64,000 nucleotides of DNA, from positions 53,558-117,557 of the IMG/VR virus record IMGVR_UViG_3300048850_000068; one strand, written 5' to 3'. Shown here one piece after another: positions 1 to 9,965 of the stretch. The notes under the pieces are model-generated. The model had not been told where the DNA came from. It did no database searches and worked only from the letters and a program-made list of their open reading frames with translations. The DNA is from a virus. The translations under genes and the position numbers were made by a program. Within the stretch, counting starts at the first letter, position 1. Every line of letters starts with the position of its first letter.

Positions 1-1958
1 GCGGTCAGGTTGGTCGGCGCCTTGATCAGGTCTTGCGGCCGCGTGTAGGGGATTTGCGGCAGCTTGATATCGAGTTCGACGCGGGCATACTTGGTCGGGT
101 CGTTGAACAGCGCCGTGATCTTGAACAGGTGCTTGTCCGTCTCGGTGACCGACATGACGCGGAAGCGCCGCGGGGCGACGTCGGTGCCGGTGATCACCCA
201 TTGCGCGCCCTTGACCGCAACCTGCGGGAACGACAGGGCGGTGCGGATCTCGGTGTAGCCACCGTCGGCGTCGGGCAGGTCCCAGGCCGCGATGGCACGG
301 CTCTCCACCTTGCCGTCGGGCATGACCACGTAGAGCACGTAGGATTCGCCGGGCTTCGGGATGAAACCCTTGTCGAGGGTGAAGCGGTTGCCCGTGGCCG
401 TGAGAAGACGCCCGCCGAGGCGCACCTGCGCCTTCTTCGGGTCGGCAATGAGCACGATCTGCCCGGGCTTCAGGTCCGCCTGGTCCCAGGATGCTTCCCA
501 CTCGGCGGTTTCGGTCTCGTGCTGCTCGGTGTCGAGCGCCCACTTGCCGTAGCGGTGCGCCTGGCCGCGGCTGGTGCATCCCACCGCCTGCATTTCGAGC
601 GGACGATAGCCGAACTTGGCGAGCTGCTCGGCATTCTCGACGTATTCGATCGCCGAGCGGTAATGATCCGTCGGATCGTTCCAGCCGACGAGCGCCACGG
701 AATGCCGGGCCTTCATCGACGTGCCGGAATACTTGAAGTGCCCGCCGATGACGTTCGAGGGCGTGATCAGCTTGACCGGGTCCTGCGGCATGTCGGCCGA
801 GGCGTAGACCTGCCCATAGGACCAATAGGCCATACCGCGGAAGGCGGTCGTGACGGTCTGCAACACCTTGTAAGCGTCGTCCCTCGTGTTGATGACGCCG
901 TTGAAGGTGAAGCGCGGCTCCATGATGTTGGAACCGTCCGGGTTGTGATAGCCCGACGGCACCTTCTGGTCGCAGTATTGCGCGATCTGATAGAGCGACC
1001 ACTTGTCGACCTTGGTCGCGTCGATGAACTCGCCCAGCCCGTAGCGGTCGTTGGTCAGGAGATCATACAGAACCCAGGCCGGGTTGTTCGACCAGACGCG
1101 CTTGAACGAGCCGTCCCAGATGCCCGAGTATTCGCGGGTGATCGGGTTGTAGTTGGTCGGGACCAGAATGCGCAGGCCCTTGATGTGATAGGAGCGCTCC
1201 GGGATGTTCGAGCCAAACTGCTCGGCGTCGAGCTCCATCGCCACAAGGGCGGTGTTCGGATACGAGAACTTGCCCTCGGTGAGGATCGTGTAGCTCTCCC
1301 ACCAGGTTTCGTTCTGGAGCTCGACCTTTTCGGAATCGGGCGTGCGCCGGCGCACGCGCAGGTTCCAGACGCCATCGACGGAATCCGGCAGCTCGACGCG
1401 GTGCGCCTTCTGGTAGGGCGAGGTGGTCTTCTGGTTGGTGATGTCGACCTTGACCTTCTCGACCCAGGATGCGCCCGGCACCTGAACGTCGATCGAATAG
1501 GACACGGACGCGCCCTTGAGCGTGCCCTCGTCGTCCTGCTCGGCGAGCGCGGGAATGCGGATGATGAAGCGCACCGCATCGGCGTTGCGGTCGTTGATCT
1601 GGCGGATCGGCGCAGTCTCGTTGAACTTCACCTCGGTCTCGACCTGGACCGGCTGTTCGGTCATGGTGAAGTTCTTGAGGTAGTCCTGATCGGCCAGGCC
1701 GTAGCGAACCTGACGCGACACGCCCTTGAAATTGAACGAGCCGTTGGGGTTCTCGACCGGCGTGGTGTCGAAATAGATCCACTGCAGACCGTCCTTGGCC
1801 GGCCCCTCGATGCGACCCTCGCCCAGGATCTCGATCAGGCGTGCCTTTGCCTTCGAGCGCAGGGTGTTGTCAGCCTCTTCGGCTCCCCCTCCGCCCATCT
1901 TGCCGCCGCCACCGCCCGAGCCGCTGATGCCCTCAAGCTGATCGAAAAAGTCACGCAT
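1..1958 (-). CDS. Tail tip / host-specificity protein (lambda J-like), runs off window start
   Basis: Hand translation from ATG 1958: MRDFFDQLEGISGSGGGGKMGG...NTLRSKAKARLIEILGEGRIEG...NPAWVLYDLLTNDRYGLG; typical J motifs; follows I/K/L/M. Confidence 0.9.
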   Translation of the reverse strand, partial: MRDFFDQLEGISGSGGGGGKMGGGGAEEADNTLRSKAKARLIEILGEGRIEGPAKDGLQWIYFDTTPVENPNGSFNFKGVSRQVRYGLADQDYLKNFTMTEQPVQVETEVKFNETAPIRQINDRNADAVRFIIRIPALAEQDDEGTLKGASVSYSIDVQVPGASWVEKVKVDITNQKTTSPYQKAHRVELPDSVDGVWNLRVRRRTPDSEKVELQNETWWESYTILTEGKFSYPNTALVAMELDAEQFGSNIPERSYHIKGLRILVPTNYNPITREYSGIWDGSFKRVWSNNPAWVLYDLLTNDRYGLGEFIDATKVDKWSLYQIAQYCDQKVPSGYHNPDGSNIMEPRFTFNGVINTRDDAYKVLQTVTTAFRGMAYWSYGQVYASADMPQDPVKLITPSNVIGGHFKYSGTSMKARHSVALVGWNDPTDHYRSAIEYVENAEQLAKFGYRPLEMQAVGCTSRGQAHRYGKWALDTEQHETETAEWEASWDQADLKPGQIVLIADPKKAQVRLGGRLLTATGNRFTLDKGFIPKPGESYVLYVVMPDGKVESRAIAAWDLPDADGGYTEIRTALSFPQVAVKGAQWVITGTDVAPRRFRVMSVTETDKHLFKITALFNDPTKYARVELDIKLPQIPYTRPQDLIKAPTNLT

Positions 1959-2615
1959 TTAAGCTGCCACCTTGTAAGAGCCGATGTCCTCGATATCGAT
2001 GCCGGCGGATGCCGGGATGGAGCCGGTGATGACCTCGCCGTAGACCAGCGGCACGGCGCTTCCCTGCTCGTTCATGTTGACGGGTCCGGAGAAGGCGAAG
2101 CTCTCGTCCTTGCTCTCGTCCTTGGGCTCTTCCTTGGGTGCGAGCATTTGGCTGACGCCAGCGAGCGTCATCGCCATGCCGAACATCGCAATGTTGCCCC
2201 AGGTGATGCTCATGGGACCGATCGAGAACGCGGTCTGTCCGAGGCCTGCGACCAGTCCGCCGGCAGCACCCGCCGACATGAAGACCGCAACGCCGATCAG
2301 CGCCACGCCAAGCACTGCCTTGAGCGCTCCACCGCCGCCCTTACCACCGCCCTGTGCCGAGCCTTCAGCGACCGGGACCAGGTGCAGATCCGCATTGCCG
2401 ACATTGAAGGTGTTCACGATCTCCAGATCGATGTGCATGCCGGTCTTCCGCTTGCCGCGGACGATCTGATACGAACCGATCTCGAGCGCCTTCAGGAACT
2501 CGGTGCCGAAATTGGCATAGAGCGCGCGAATGGCTTCGCCCGCGGTCTGAACGTCGAACGAGAACTCGGCCCCGAACTTCTTGCGAAGATGGCCGTGCAG
2601 AATGACCTTACGCAT
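1959..2615 (-). CDS. Tail assembly protein (lambda I-like)
   Basis: MRKVILHGHL..., C-terminal FSGPVN..EQG..VPLVYGE motif; synteny. Confidence 0.9.
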   Translation of the reverse strand: MRKVILHGHLRKKFGAEFSFDVQTAGEAIRALYANFGTEFLKALEIGSYQIVRGKRKTGMHIDLEIVNTFNVGNADLHLVPVAEGSAQGGGKGGGGALKAVLGVALIGVAVFMSAGAAGGLVAGLGQTAFSIGPMSITWGNIAMFGMAMTLAGVSQMLAPKEEPKDESKDESFAFSGPVNMNEQGSAVPLVYGEVITGSIPASAGIDIEDIGSYKVAA

Positions 2616-3390
2616 CTTGATTGAGCTCCGGATGACGCACCCACATGTCCGCCCCGTGGGCCCAGACGCCGGCAGGCTCGCGCCGGCTCAGCCGGTTCGG
2701 CAGGTGGTGCAAAATCATGTCGCCCTCGAGCAGGATTCCCGCGTGGCTCGGAACCGGCGAACCCGGAAGGGCAATGAGAAAGCAATCGCCGGGCTTCGCC
2801 ACGCTTGCGCTGATGCGCTGAAAACCCAGCTTCTTGAGCCAGTCGCCGTAGAGATCCTGACCCTTGGTCCAGTAGGCGTCTTCGCGCGGCACGGCCGGCA
2901 GGCTCTTGCCGAAATGCTCCTGGAAGGCATCGCGCACGAGGCTGTAGCAATCGAACACACCCCAGACGAACGGGCGCTCGAGAAGCGGCGCGCGGGGCAG
3001 CGTGTCGCCCCAGATCACCAGCTCTTCAGCAGCCTCGGTCTCGCCGGTATGCGTGTCGTGATTGACCACGACGATGATCCACGGCAGATCCGTGGTGATC
3101 TGGCCGCGCATGTCGTTCTCGGACGGATACATCGGGCCGTTCGGGTGCGAGTGCACGATCGCCTCGACCTTGCGGCCGCTCTCGCTGAGACTGATCAGCG
3201 TCTCAGGGGCGATCTTGAAATCGGTCTCGGGGTTGAGCGCGTAATTGAAGCAGGGAATGTATTGTCCGTCGGCAATGACCCCGCAGCTTTCCTTGGGGAA
3301 TTGCTCGACCGCGTGCTGACGCGCAGCCAAGAGCGCAGAGGGATTGAACAGGGCGCGCACCTCGCCCTTCCATTGTGCGAAGTCGCTCAT
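2608..3390 (-). CDS. Tail tip assembly protein K-like (JAB/MPN + NlpC/P60)
   Basis: ESCG, HSHP..PSEND JAB motif; FDCYSLVRD and HAGI NlpC motifs; start taken at ATG 3390. Confidence 0.9.
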   Translation of the reverse strand: MSDFAQWKGEVRALFNPSALLAARQHAVEQFPKESCGVIADGQYIPCFNYALNPETDFKIAPETLISLSESGRKVEAIVHSHPNGPMYPSENDMRGQITTDLPWIIVVVNHDTHTGETEAAEELVIWGDTLPRAPLLERPFVWGVFDCYSLVRDAFQEHFGKSLPAVPREDAYWTKGQDLYGDWLKKLGFQRISASVAKPGDCFLIALPGSPVPSHAGILLEGDMILHHLPNRLSRREPAGVWAHGADMWVRHPELNQDA

Positions 3391-4133
3391 GACAGACGAA
3401 CCCTTGCCACGCCCGGGAATGCGCCGAACGGCTTGGTTGCGCCCTCGCCATAGCGAGCCTCGCAGCCGTCGAGCTGATGGTTGCACACGTCCTTGTCGAT
3501 GGTCGTGGGCTTGTTGAAACGGTCGAAATACTTGCCGCCCGTGTAGGGGCACGCCGTGGTGCCGGTGTGATAGACCTGGCGCGCCGGGGTGACCAAGCGG
3601 CCGAGCGCGTCATAGACGGCCGGCTCCCAGCGCCGATAGCGCCACTGACAGGTGTCGCGCAGGATCACGCGGCCCGGAAGCTTGCGGCCCTCCTGGTCGA
3701 TCGAGGCGGACAGCTCCCATTCGATGAAGATCGGGTTCTCGTCAGCCTTGCGCTCGACGCGGAAGCGGTCAGGGCCGAAATACGCGGTCGGATCAGCCTC
3801 AGCCTCGCCGTCGAGGAAGCGCCGGAAGGTGCGCACGCGGGCCACATCGCAGCCGAGCATGTCACCATAGGTGTTGACCATGCCCTGAATGACGCCGTTG
3901 CCGTTGGCGATGCGCATCTTCGGGGTCGGCAGCGCGCCGTTGCCATTGGTCTCGAAGTCGGAGAACTCGACATCGACCGGCGTGTAGTAGACGCCGCCGA
4001 AGGTCACGCCCTTGGTGTCATAGGCGCCCTGGCAGAAATAGTAGACCTGCCCGCCGATGCTGGTCGCATCAAGACGGAACAGGGTTACGATTTCGCCGGG
4101 ATTTGGAGCCTGAACGACGGACTGTAGTGACAT
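3387..4133 (-). CDS. Minor tail protein L-like
   Basis: LPGRVI..TCQWRYR, CPYTG, DVC..C..R..PFGAFPG Cys pattern. Confidence 0.9.
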   Translation of the reverse strand: MSLQSVVQAPNPGEIVTLFRLDATSIGGQVYYFCQGAYDTKGVTFGGVYYTPVDVEFSDFETNGNGALPTPKMRIANGNGVIQGMVNTYGDMLGCDVARVRTFRRFLDGEAEADPTAYFGPDRFRVERKADENPIFIEWELSASIDQEGRKLPGRVILRDTCQWRYRRWEPAVYDALGRLVTPARQVYHTGTTACPYTGGKYFDRFNKPTTIDKDVCNHQLDGCEARYGEGATKPFGAFPGVARVRLS

Positions 4134-4175
4134 AAGAACCTTTTCGCTGAGTGCCTATGATAAGTCAATACTGAC

Positions 4176-4532
4176 TTACTGTGCAACGTTAAATGAACGT
4201 CGGAACACGCACTTCACCTCGCGCAGACCGCCCTTCCCGCGCACGTCGGAAATCTCCTTGCAGGTCCACCTGATCGGAGTGGTTTCGTCCGAGGGCGTGT
4301 AGAGGAAGGCGGTGTCACCGCCGTGGCGCCGAATGAAGTCGGTAATATACTTGGCGTGGACCGGGTGCAGCACATCCCATTGCAGCGTCAGCACGTCCCG
4401 GATGTGGTTCATGCCGTCGCGGGTGGTCTGGGTGTAGCCGTCGCCGAACTCCGCCTCGAGGAGCTTGAACTCGGGCACGTTCTCGGTGCCCGGGCTCGGT
4501 GGGACTGGCGGATTAAACGTCTCGTATGCCAT
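4176..4532 (-). CDS. Minor tail protein M-like (distal tail)
   Basis: FGDGYTQ..DGMN motif; directly downstream of tape measure. Confidence 0.85.
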   Translation of the reverse strand: MAYETFNPPVPPSPGTENVPEFKLLEAEFGDGYTQTTRDGMNHIRDVLTLQWDVLHPVHAKYITDFIRRHGGDTAFLYTPSDETTPIRWTCKEISDVRGKGGLREVKCVFRRSFNVAQ

Positions 4533-4545
4533 TCTCTCGTTCTCC

Positions 4546-7500
4546 TTAGCGCCGCAGCATGCCGCCCGGGCGCATTTGCTGCCGGATTTCCTGGCCCACC
4601 ATGGCCTTTGCGGCTTCCTGGACCTTCTTGCCGATCATGTCGGCGAGCTTCTCGTCCTGCTTCTGGTTGCCGGAGGAGCCGCCCGAGACATTCACGTTGA
4701 TGTTCTGCTGCACCTGGTTGCCGCCGACGCCACCGCCGAGAGCCTTCATCTGCTCAGGGGTGAACACGCCCTCGCCCTTCTTGAGCACGGCCGGCACCTC
4801 GTCAGAACCGATGATCCCGCCAGTGTGGAACTTGGGCAGGGCCGAAAGGTCGACGCCGACATTGCGGGTGAAGGTGTGCTCGGATCCGGCAATGCCGCCC
4901 GTGTGCAGCCCGAAGAGCTTCATGATCGACTTGCCGCCCGCCGCTCCCGCACCAGGCACGGCACCGCCCATCTTGCCGCCGGAACCCTTCGATCCGCCGA
5001 ACATGCCGGAGAAGGCAGCCTTCAGGGCGATCTTGGTCATGTCGGCGATGATCGACTTGGCGAGCGAGGCGAAATCGGCCTTACCCGTGGTGATGAACTG
5101 AGCGAGCGCGTCGGCTGCCCCGTCCATCCAGCCGGTCATGGCCTGTTCCATGTTCTTGCCGAAGTTGCCCCACTCCTGCATCTGCTTGGCGAGCGGACCG
5201 GATGCCGACACCTGCTGGGCATAGGCCTGCTTCTTCGCCTGAAGCGTCTGCTCGATCTGGGCCCGGCGCTCGGCCGTGAGACCTTCCATCTGCAGCAGCG
5301 CCTCGAGGCGACGCAGTTCGGCCTGGTGCGTCTGCTCGCGCGCCTGCTCGGTGGTGAGAAGACCGCGCCTGACCGCCTCGACCTTCTCATTCTCGGTCAT
5401 CAGGAACTCGCGCATCTCGCGGTCCCGCAGCGACGAGATATAGCGGGCGTTGTCCTCGAGGACCTGGCGTGCCTGAGCCTGCTGCGCCTCGTTGAAGGCG
5501 CCGGAGTTCAGACCCTTGTTGATCAGGTCGTTTTCACGCTCGCGGGACGCACGCTCCCGGTAGTAGCTGTCCGAGTATTCGAACCCGCCGCCTGCCTTCT
5601 CACGCCGGCGCAGCTCCGCCTCGCGCAGCTCGAGGTCTTCCATGCGCGCCTTCGAGCCCGTCGAGGAGCGCTCAAGCTGGTCACGGAATTCCTTGTTCTT
5701 GCGCGCCTTCTTGTCGGCTTCGTCCCACTCCTTTGCGAGCGCGATCAGCTCCTTATACTGTGCGGAGTTCGGGTCGACATTACCGGCAATGATCTTGCCT
5801 TCCTTGATCGACTTGACGATCGCCGTGTAGTTCTTGTCGAGCCCTTCGCTCTGCTGCGTCGCCTCGACGATCTCGCGCTTGACGCGCTCCATCTCGTCGG
5901 ACAGGGCGTTCTTGCCGAGGATCTTATTGAGCTCCGCCTGCAGGCCCTTCAGATCCTCGATCTTGTCCTGCGCCCAACCCGGACCGGCCGGGGTGTCGCG
6001 CTTGGCGTCGTTCGGGTCGGTCGAGGGCTGAGCCGGGATCGCCGGACGCACGGGAGAACGTCCGTCGCGCCCACCACCGCCGTAGCCGAGATTGATGAAG
6101 GTATGCGCACCGATCTGCTTACCGGGCGTATGGCCCCAGCCGCCCGGCTGCATGGCCCGGTCGCCGCGCGAAAGCGACGTGGCCTTGTTCAGGAAGTGCG
6201 TCGCCCCGTTGGTGACGTCCTGGATCGTGCCGGCGAGCACGCCGTTGACGATATCGAGCGCCCGCTTGTATTCGTCAGACAGCGGGTTGATCGCGGCCAT
6301 GCGGGCGCGACCCTCGGCGGTGTTCCAGGGCTCGAACTGCCAGGGCGCCTGAACGACCCCATCGAGGCTCTTCCCGGAGCTGTTGGCCCGGTTGCGGATC
6401 ACTTCCGCCACAGCCTGCATGCCGACGTCGCCCTGATTGCGAGCTTCCGCCAGCACCGTGCGCACCACGCGGTCGATCTCGCCGGCGCCGACCTGGCCGG
6501 AATAGGGCGTGCCCGATCCCATCTGGATCTTGCCGTTGGCGTCGATCGAGACATTGGCCGCATTGTCGGCAACCAAGCCGAAGGCCTGACCGATCTGCTG
6601 CACCACGCCGAGGAAGGTCTGGGCGCTGGACAGCACCGTGCCGCCAAAGACGTCGCGGATCGCAGCACCGGCGCGGCCGGCTTCCGTCGTGGTCTGGGTG
6701 AAAGCGGTCTTGACGCCGGTGATCGTGCGCTGCATCGGGGTAGACCCGAAGTCGCTTTCCAGCATGCCCTTATACTTGAGGATCAGCTTGTCGACCTCGG
6801 ACGAGCCGCGGTTCTGAGCCTCGAAGATATCGTTCTGAAGCTTGCGCTTCAGGTTGGCGGCATCGCGCTCGAAATCGGTGCGGCCGTCGAGCGCCTTCTT
6901 GGTCGCGTCGATCTGTTCCTGGACCTCAAGGAGCTGCTCGACCGTCTCGGCAATCTTCCTGTTGTCGAGCGGGCCATACTTCTGCATCTCCATGAGCTCG
7001 AAGCGCAGCTTCTCAGCCTCGCTCGAGGCGCCGGCGAGTTCAGCCCGGTTGCCGGCGAGCTCCGCCTTCATGCGGTTGAGAGCGGTCGCGGCCTTCTGGT
7101 AGAGCTTTTCCTCGTCCTGGGCCTTGGCCGACATCGGCGTGCCCTTCTCGAGGGCGCGCAAGGCATCGGCCGACTGGCGCATCTGCGCGATCCGGCGGGT
7201 GATGATCTCCTGCGTGGCCGTCATCGCAGCCTTTTCGGCCGCGCTGATCTCACCCATGGCGCCGCTTGCCGCCTGGACCTGGGCTTCCCAGTAGCTTTCC
7301 AGCTCGCGGATGGAATCCTCGTAGAACCGGAGCTGACGCGAGCGGGTGTCGTTGCGATACTCTTCCTCGAGGTCGACAATCGACTGCCCGGCCTTGATCG
7401 CCGCGTTGCGCTTACTCTCATACTGCTTGGAGAAGGCCACGAACTCCTGGTCGTAGCTCTTCTGGATCGAGGCCTGGCGCTTCTGGATCTCAGCTTCGAT

Positions 7501-9126
7501 CGCCTCGGTCTGCTTGCGCCCTTCCGCTTCCTCGGCCTTGGCGCCGAAATCAGCGAATTGACGCTCCATTTCATCGAGCTTCTTGCGCTCGTTGGCGATC
7601 TGATCAACGAGAGAATCGCCGATGCCGAAGATCGCCGACTTACCAGCGCGGTCCTTGCCGACCATCTTCTGCTGATAGGCGAGATCAGCCTCGAGGAGAC
7701 GCAGCTTCTCGCGCTGCTGCTCCAGGAACGGCTGAGCGTCCTGCACGGCCTTGCGGCTCGAGGCGCCATACTTCTCAAGGTTCTCCCAGGCGTCCCGGGT
7801 CTTGTCGGAGAACAACCCGAGGGCATTGCCGGTAAGCAGCACCGCGCCGGCAACCAAAGGCAGCCAGGGCGCAATGGTAGACAGGCTCACGGAGAGAAGA
7901 CCAACAGCCGTTGTCGCGCTTCGCAACGTGGTAGCGAGCGCGGTCGAGCCCATGATCCAAGGCTGCATAGGGCCATGTGCGCCCACGGCATTTCGTCCAG
8001 CCCACGCCATGAAGCCGGTCTGGAAGGCCTGCACCTGCAGAGAGGCAAGACGCATGCTCGTGGTGAGCTGACCCACCATCGAGATCATGCCCTGAAGACC
8101 CGCCATCGCAAGTCGCCCACCGAAGGCAACCGCCATGACCTGCCCGGCGAGGATCAGTTCGTCCTTGTATTCGATGATGGCGTTGACCGCCATCCGGACG
8201 TAACCAATCGCCGCGGTGAGCCCATTGCCGACGCTCTGAGCGAAGGCCGAGGCCTGCGGCGTGGACAGCACGCGGTTGAAGTCCTCGAGCTGCTTCTTGA
8301 TCGCATCGAAATAGCCGGTCTGCCCAACCTTGATGGCAAAGTCCTGCAGGCCCGTGCGGGTGCGGTTGAGCAAGCCGTTGAAGGTGTTCATCTGGGCTTC
8401 AGCCGCGCCACCGAAGGTGCGGTCGAGTTCGAGCCGGAGCGCTTCGAGCGCGGGCTTGGCCTGCACCGTGCCGGTCGCAATATCCTGGGCCAACTGAGCG
8501 TAGGTGGTGCCGAGCGCGCGGGCCAGGAGCTCGGTGGCGCGGGGAACCGCTTCACCCAACTGCTGCCGCAGCTCTTCCATCTGAATGACGCCCTTGCCCG
8601 CCATCTGCGAGATCGCGAGCGAGGCACGGTTGAGCTGATCTTCGGTGCCGCCCGCGGCCGCAACGGAATCGACCAGCGCCTTCATCGAGCCGGCCATCGG
8701 GTCGATACCCGTGGTCTTCATCTTGACGAAGACGTTGGTCAGGGCTGCGAGCGAATAGGGTGCGTTCTTGGCGCTCTCGCGCAGATATTCGATCTGGCGG
8801 GTGGCGTCGCGGATCGGGTCGGCTGCCTGAGACATGCCGGCAAGGAGCGTCTTCATACGCTCCATCTCGGCATTCACCTGGACGATTTGGCCGGCCCAGC
8901 CGGTCATGAGACCCTGGACGTTGTTGATCGCGGCGCCGAACAGGCCTGCAACCACGGTGACGTCGCGCAAGGTGCCGAGGAAGTCGCGGGAGCTCTCGTT
9001 GAGCTGCCGGACAGAGGTCATCCCCTGCCCGACATTGCGCTGAAACTGGCGAACGGTTTCGCCGGCATGCAGCATCCGGGTCGTGAAGGACCCATCAACA
9101 AGTTCTAGCTCAACCCGGATTGCCAT
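4546..9126 (-). CDS. Tape measure protein with internal SleB/Hydrolase_2-type cell-wall hydrolase domain
   Basis: 1526 aa helical protein; tape-measure N domain (ISQMAGKGVIQMEELRQQLGE); VRTVLAEARNQ..AVAEVIRNR..QFEPWN..GATHF..IGAHTF; C-terminal HTGG motifs. Confidence 0.92.
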   Translation of the reverse strand: MAIRVELELVDGSFTTRMLHAGETVRQFQRNVGQGMTSVRQLNESSRDFLGTLRDVTVVAGLFGAAINNVQGLMTGWAGQIVQVNAEMERMKTLLAGMSQAADPIRDATRQIEYLRESAKNAPYSLAALTNVFVKMKTTGIDPMAGSMKALVDSVAAAGGTEDQLNRASLAISQMAGKGVIQMEELRQQLGEAVPRATELLARALGTTYAQLAQDIATGTVQAKPALEALRLELDRTFGGAAEAQMNTFNGLLNRTRTGLQDFAIKVGQTGYFDAIKKQLEDFNRVLSTPQASAFAQSVGNGLTAAIGYVRMAVNAIIEYKDELILAGQVMAVAFGGRLAMAGLQGMISMVGQLTTSMRLASLQVQAFQTGFMAWAGRNAVGAHGPMQPWIMGSTALATTLRSATTAVGLLSVSLSTIAPWLPLVAGAVLLTGNALGLFSDKTRDAWENLEKYGASSRKAVQDAQPFLEQQREKLRLLEADLAYQQKMVGKDRAGKSAIFGIGDSLVDQIANERKKLDEMERQFADFGAKAEEAEGRKQTEAIEAEIQKRQASIQKSYDQEFVAFSKQYESKRNAAIKAGQSIVDLEEEYRNDTRSRQLRFYEDSIRELESYWEAQVQAASGAMGEISAAEKAAMTATQEIITRRIAQMRQSADALRALEKGTPMSAKAQDEEKLYQKAATALNRMKAELAGNRAELAGASSEAEKLRFELMEMQKYGPLDNRKIAETVEQLLEVQEQIDATKKALDGRTDFERDAANLKRKLQNDIFEAQNRGSSEVDKLILKYKGMLESDFGSTPMQRTITGVKTAFTQTTTEAGRAGAAIRDVFGGTVLSSAQTFLGVVQQIGQAFGLVADNAANVSIDANGKIQMGSGTPYSGQVGAGEIDRVVRTVLAEARNQGDVGMQAVAEVIRNRANSSGKSLDGVVQAPWQFEPWNTAEGRARMAAINPLSDEYKRALDIVNGVLAGTIQDVTNGATHFLNKATSLSRGDRAMQPGGWGHTPGKQIGAHTFINLGYGGGGRDGRSPVRPAIPAQPSTDPNDAKRDTPAGPGWAQDKIEDLKGLQAELNKILGKNALSDEMERVKREIVEATQQSEGLDKNYTAIVKSIKEGKIIAGNVDPNSAQYKELIALAKEWDEADKKARKNKEFRDQLERSSTGSKARMEDLELREAELRRREKAGGGFEYSDSYYRERASRERENDLINKGLNSGAFNEAQQAQARQVLEDNARYISSLRDREMREFLMTENEKVEAVRRGLLTTEQAREQTHQAELRRLEALLQMEGLTAERRAQIEQTLQAKKQAYAQQVSASGPLAKQMQEWGNFGKNMEQAMTGWMDGAADALAQFITTGKADFASLAKSIIADMTKIALKAAFSGMFGGSKGSGGKMGGAVPGAGAAGGKSIMKLFGLHTGGIAGSEHTFTRNVGVDLSALPKFHTGGIIGSDEVPAVLKKGEGVFTPEQMKALGGGVGGNQVQQNINVNVSGGSSGNQKQDEKLADMIGKKVQEAAKAMVGQEIRQQMRPGGMLRR

Positions 9127-9176
9127 TGACGTCCTGTCCTTAAGTAAGTCAGTTATGACTTACTATTGTAATCATG

Positions 9177-9542
9177 TTAGCTCCACTTTCCCATCCCTTT
9201 CAGAGCCATCAGGCCGTCGCGGTCGCGTTCGGCTTCCGCCTGGGCGATCTGCTGCTGCGCCAGTGCCTCCTCGTCGTAGACAACCACATCACCGATGGTC
9301 TTGCGGCTGTTCTCGAGAAAGGCGTCGTGGCCCTTCTCCGACTGGGATGCGACCAGCACCATCAACTGCCGCTGGTCCTCTTCCGAGGCCAGGCGATCGA
9401 TGTTCCGGTTGAGCAGCCAGAAATGCTTGATGGGTGTCTTCAGGACCGCCTTGAAGTCCTGAAAACCGTAGAAGCGAAAAACGCGGGTAACGAGATAGCC
9501 AAAATCGATGGCTTTCAGGGCCCCGCCTACTGAGGGTTTTCC
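9177..9542 (-). CDS. Tail assembly chaperone, frameshift extension (gpGT-like)
   Basis: Open -1 frame KPSVGGALKAIDFGYLVTRVFRFYG...MGKWS entered from GGAAAAC at 9542-9536. Confidence 0.7.
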   Translation of the reverse strand, partial: GKPSVGGALKAIDFGYLVTRVFRFYGFQDFKAVLKTPIKHFWLLNRNIDRLASEEDQRQLMVLVASQSEKGHDAFLENSRKTIGDVVVYDEEALAQQQIAQAEAERDRDGLMALKGMGKWS

Positions 9543-9880
9543 TCGCCCTGCGCCTCGGCCTGGGCCACGGCTTCCTGTTCGCCGGCCTTCTGGCCGTTGG
9601 CGTTCTGGGCCGCGTCGGAGAGCTTGCGGAGCTGCTCGAGGGTGAGCGCGCCAAGATCCTCGTCCGTCATGGTCGGGAAGGCAGCCAACAGCACCTTCTT
9701 GACGTTGACGATCTCTTCGGCGACGTCGCTGGAGCGACCGACCTGCTGGATCAACTTGATATTGTGCACGAAGCTGTCGACCGTGACGGGTGCGAGTTCG
9801 TGAATCTTGCCGCCGAGCTTCACCTGGAGCAGAACGGGCGTTTCGATGGCATCGAGGTCGAGGAGCTGGATATCCGACAT
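9527..9880 (-). CDS. Tail assembly chaperone (gpG-like)
   Basis: Between tail tube and tape measure; ends at slippery site. Confidence 0.75.
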   Translation of the reverse strand: MSDIQLLDLDAIETPVLLQVKLGGKIHELAPVTVDSFVHNIKLIQQVGRSSDVAEEIVNVKKVLLAAFPTMTDEDLGALTLEQLRKLSDAAQNANGQKAGEQEAVAQAEAQGEENPQ

Positions 9881-9899
9881 GGGGTCCCTATAGGCAAAA

Positions 9900-9930
9900 G
9901 AAAACTGACGGCCCTGGTGAGCCGTCAGTC
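9900..9930 (-). terminator. Intrinsic terminator after tail tube gene
   Basis: ACTGACGGC...GCCGTCAGT stem with A-run on plus strand (U-tract on minus). Confidence 0.65.
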
Positions 9931-9965
9931 ATTACTGACTTATTCCTGCGAGCAGGTCAAGTCCA

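Noticed and set aside
33-9108. Long plus-strand ORFs (33-2624, 4465-9108 and similar antisense ORFs elsewhere)
   Set aside because: Shadow frames of GC-rich minus-strand genes; no motifs, and the real genes are clear on the other strand.
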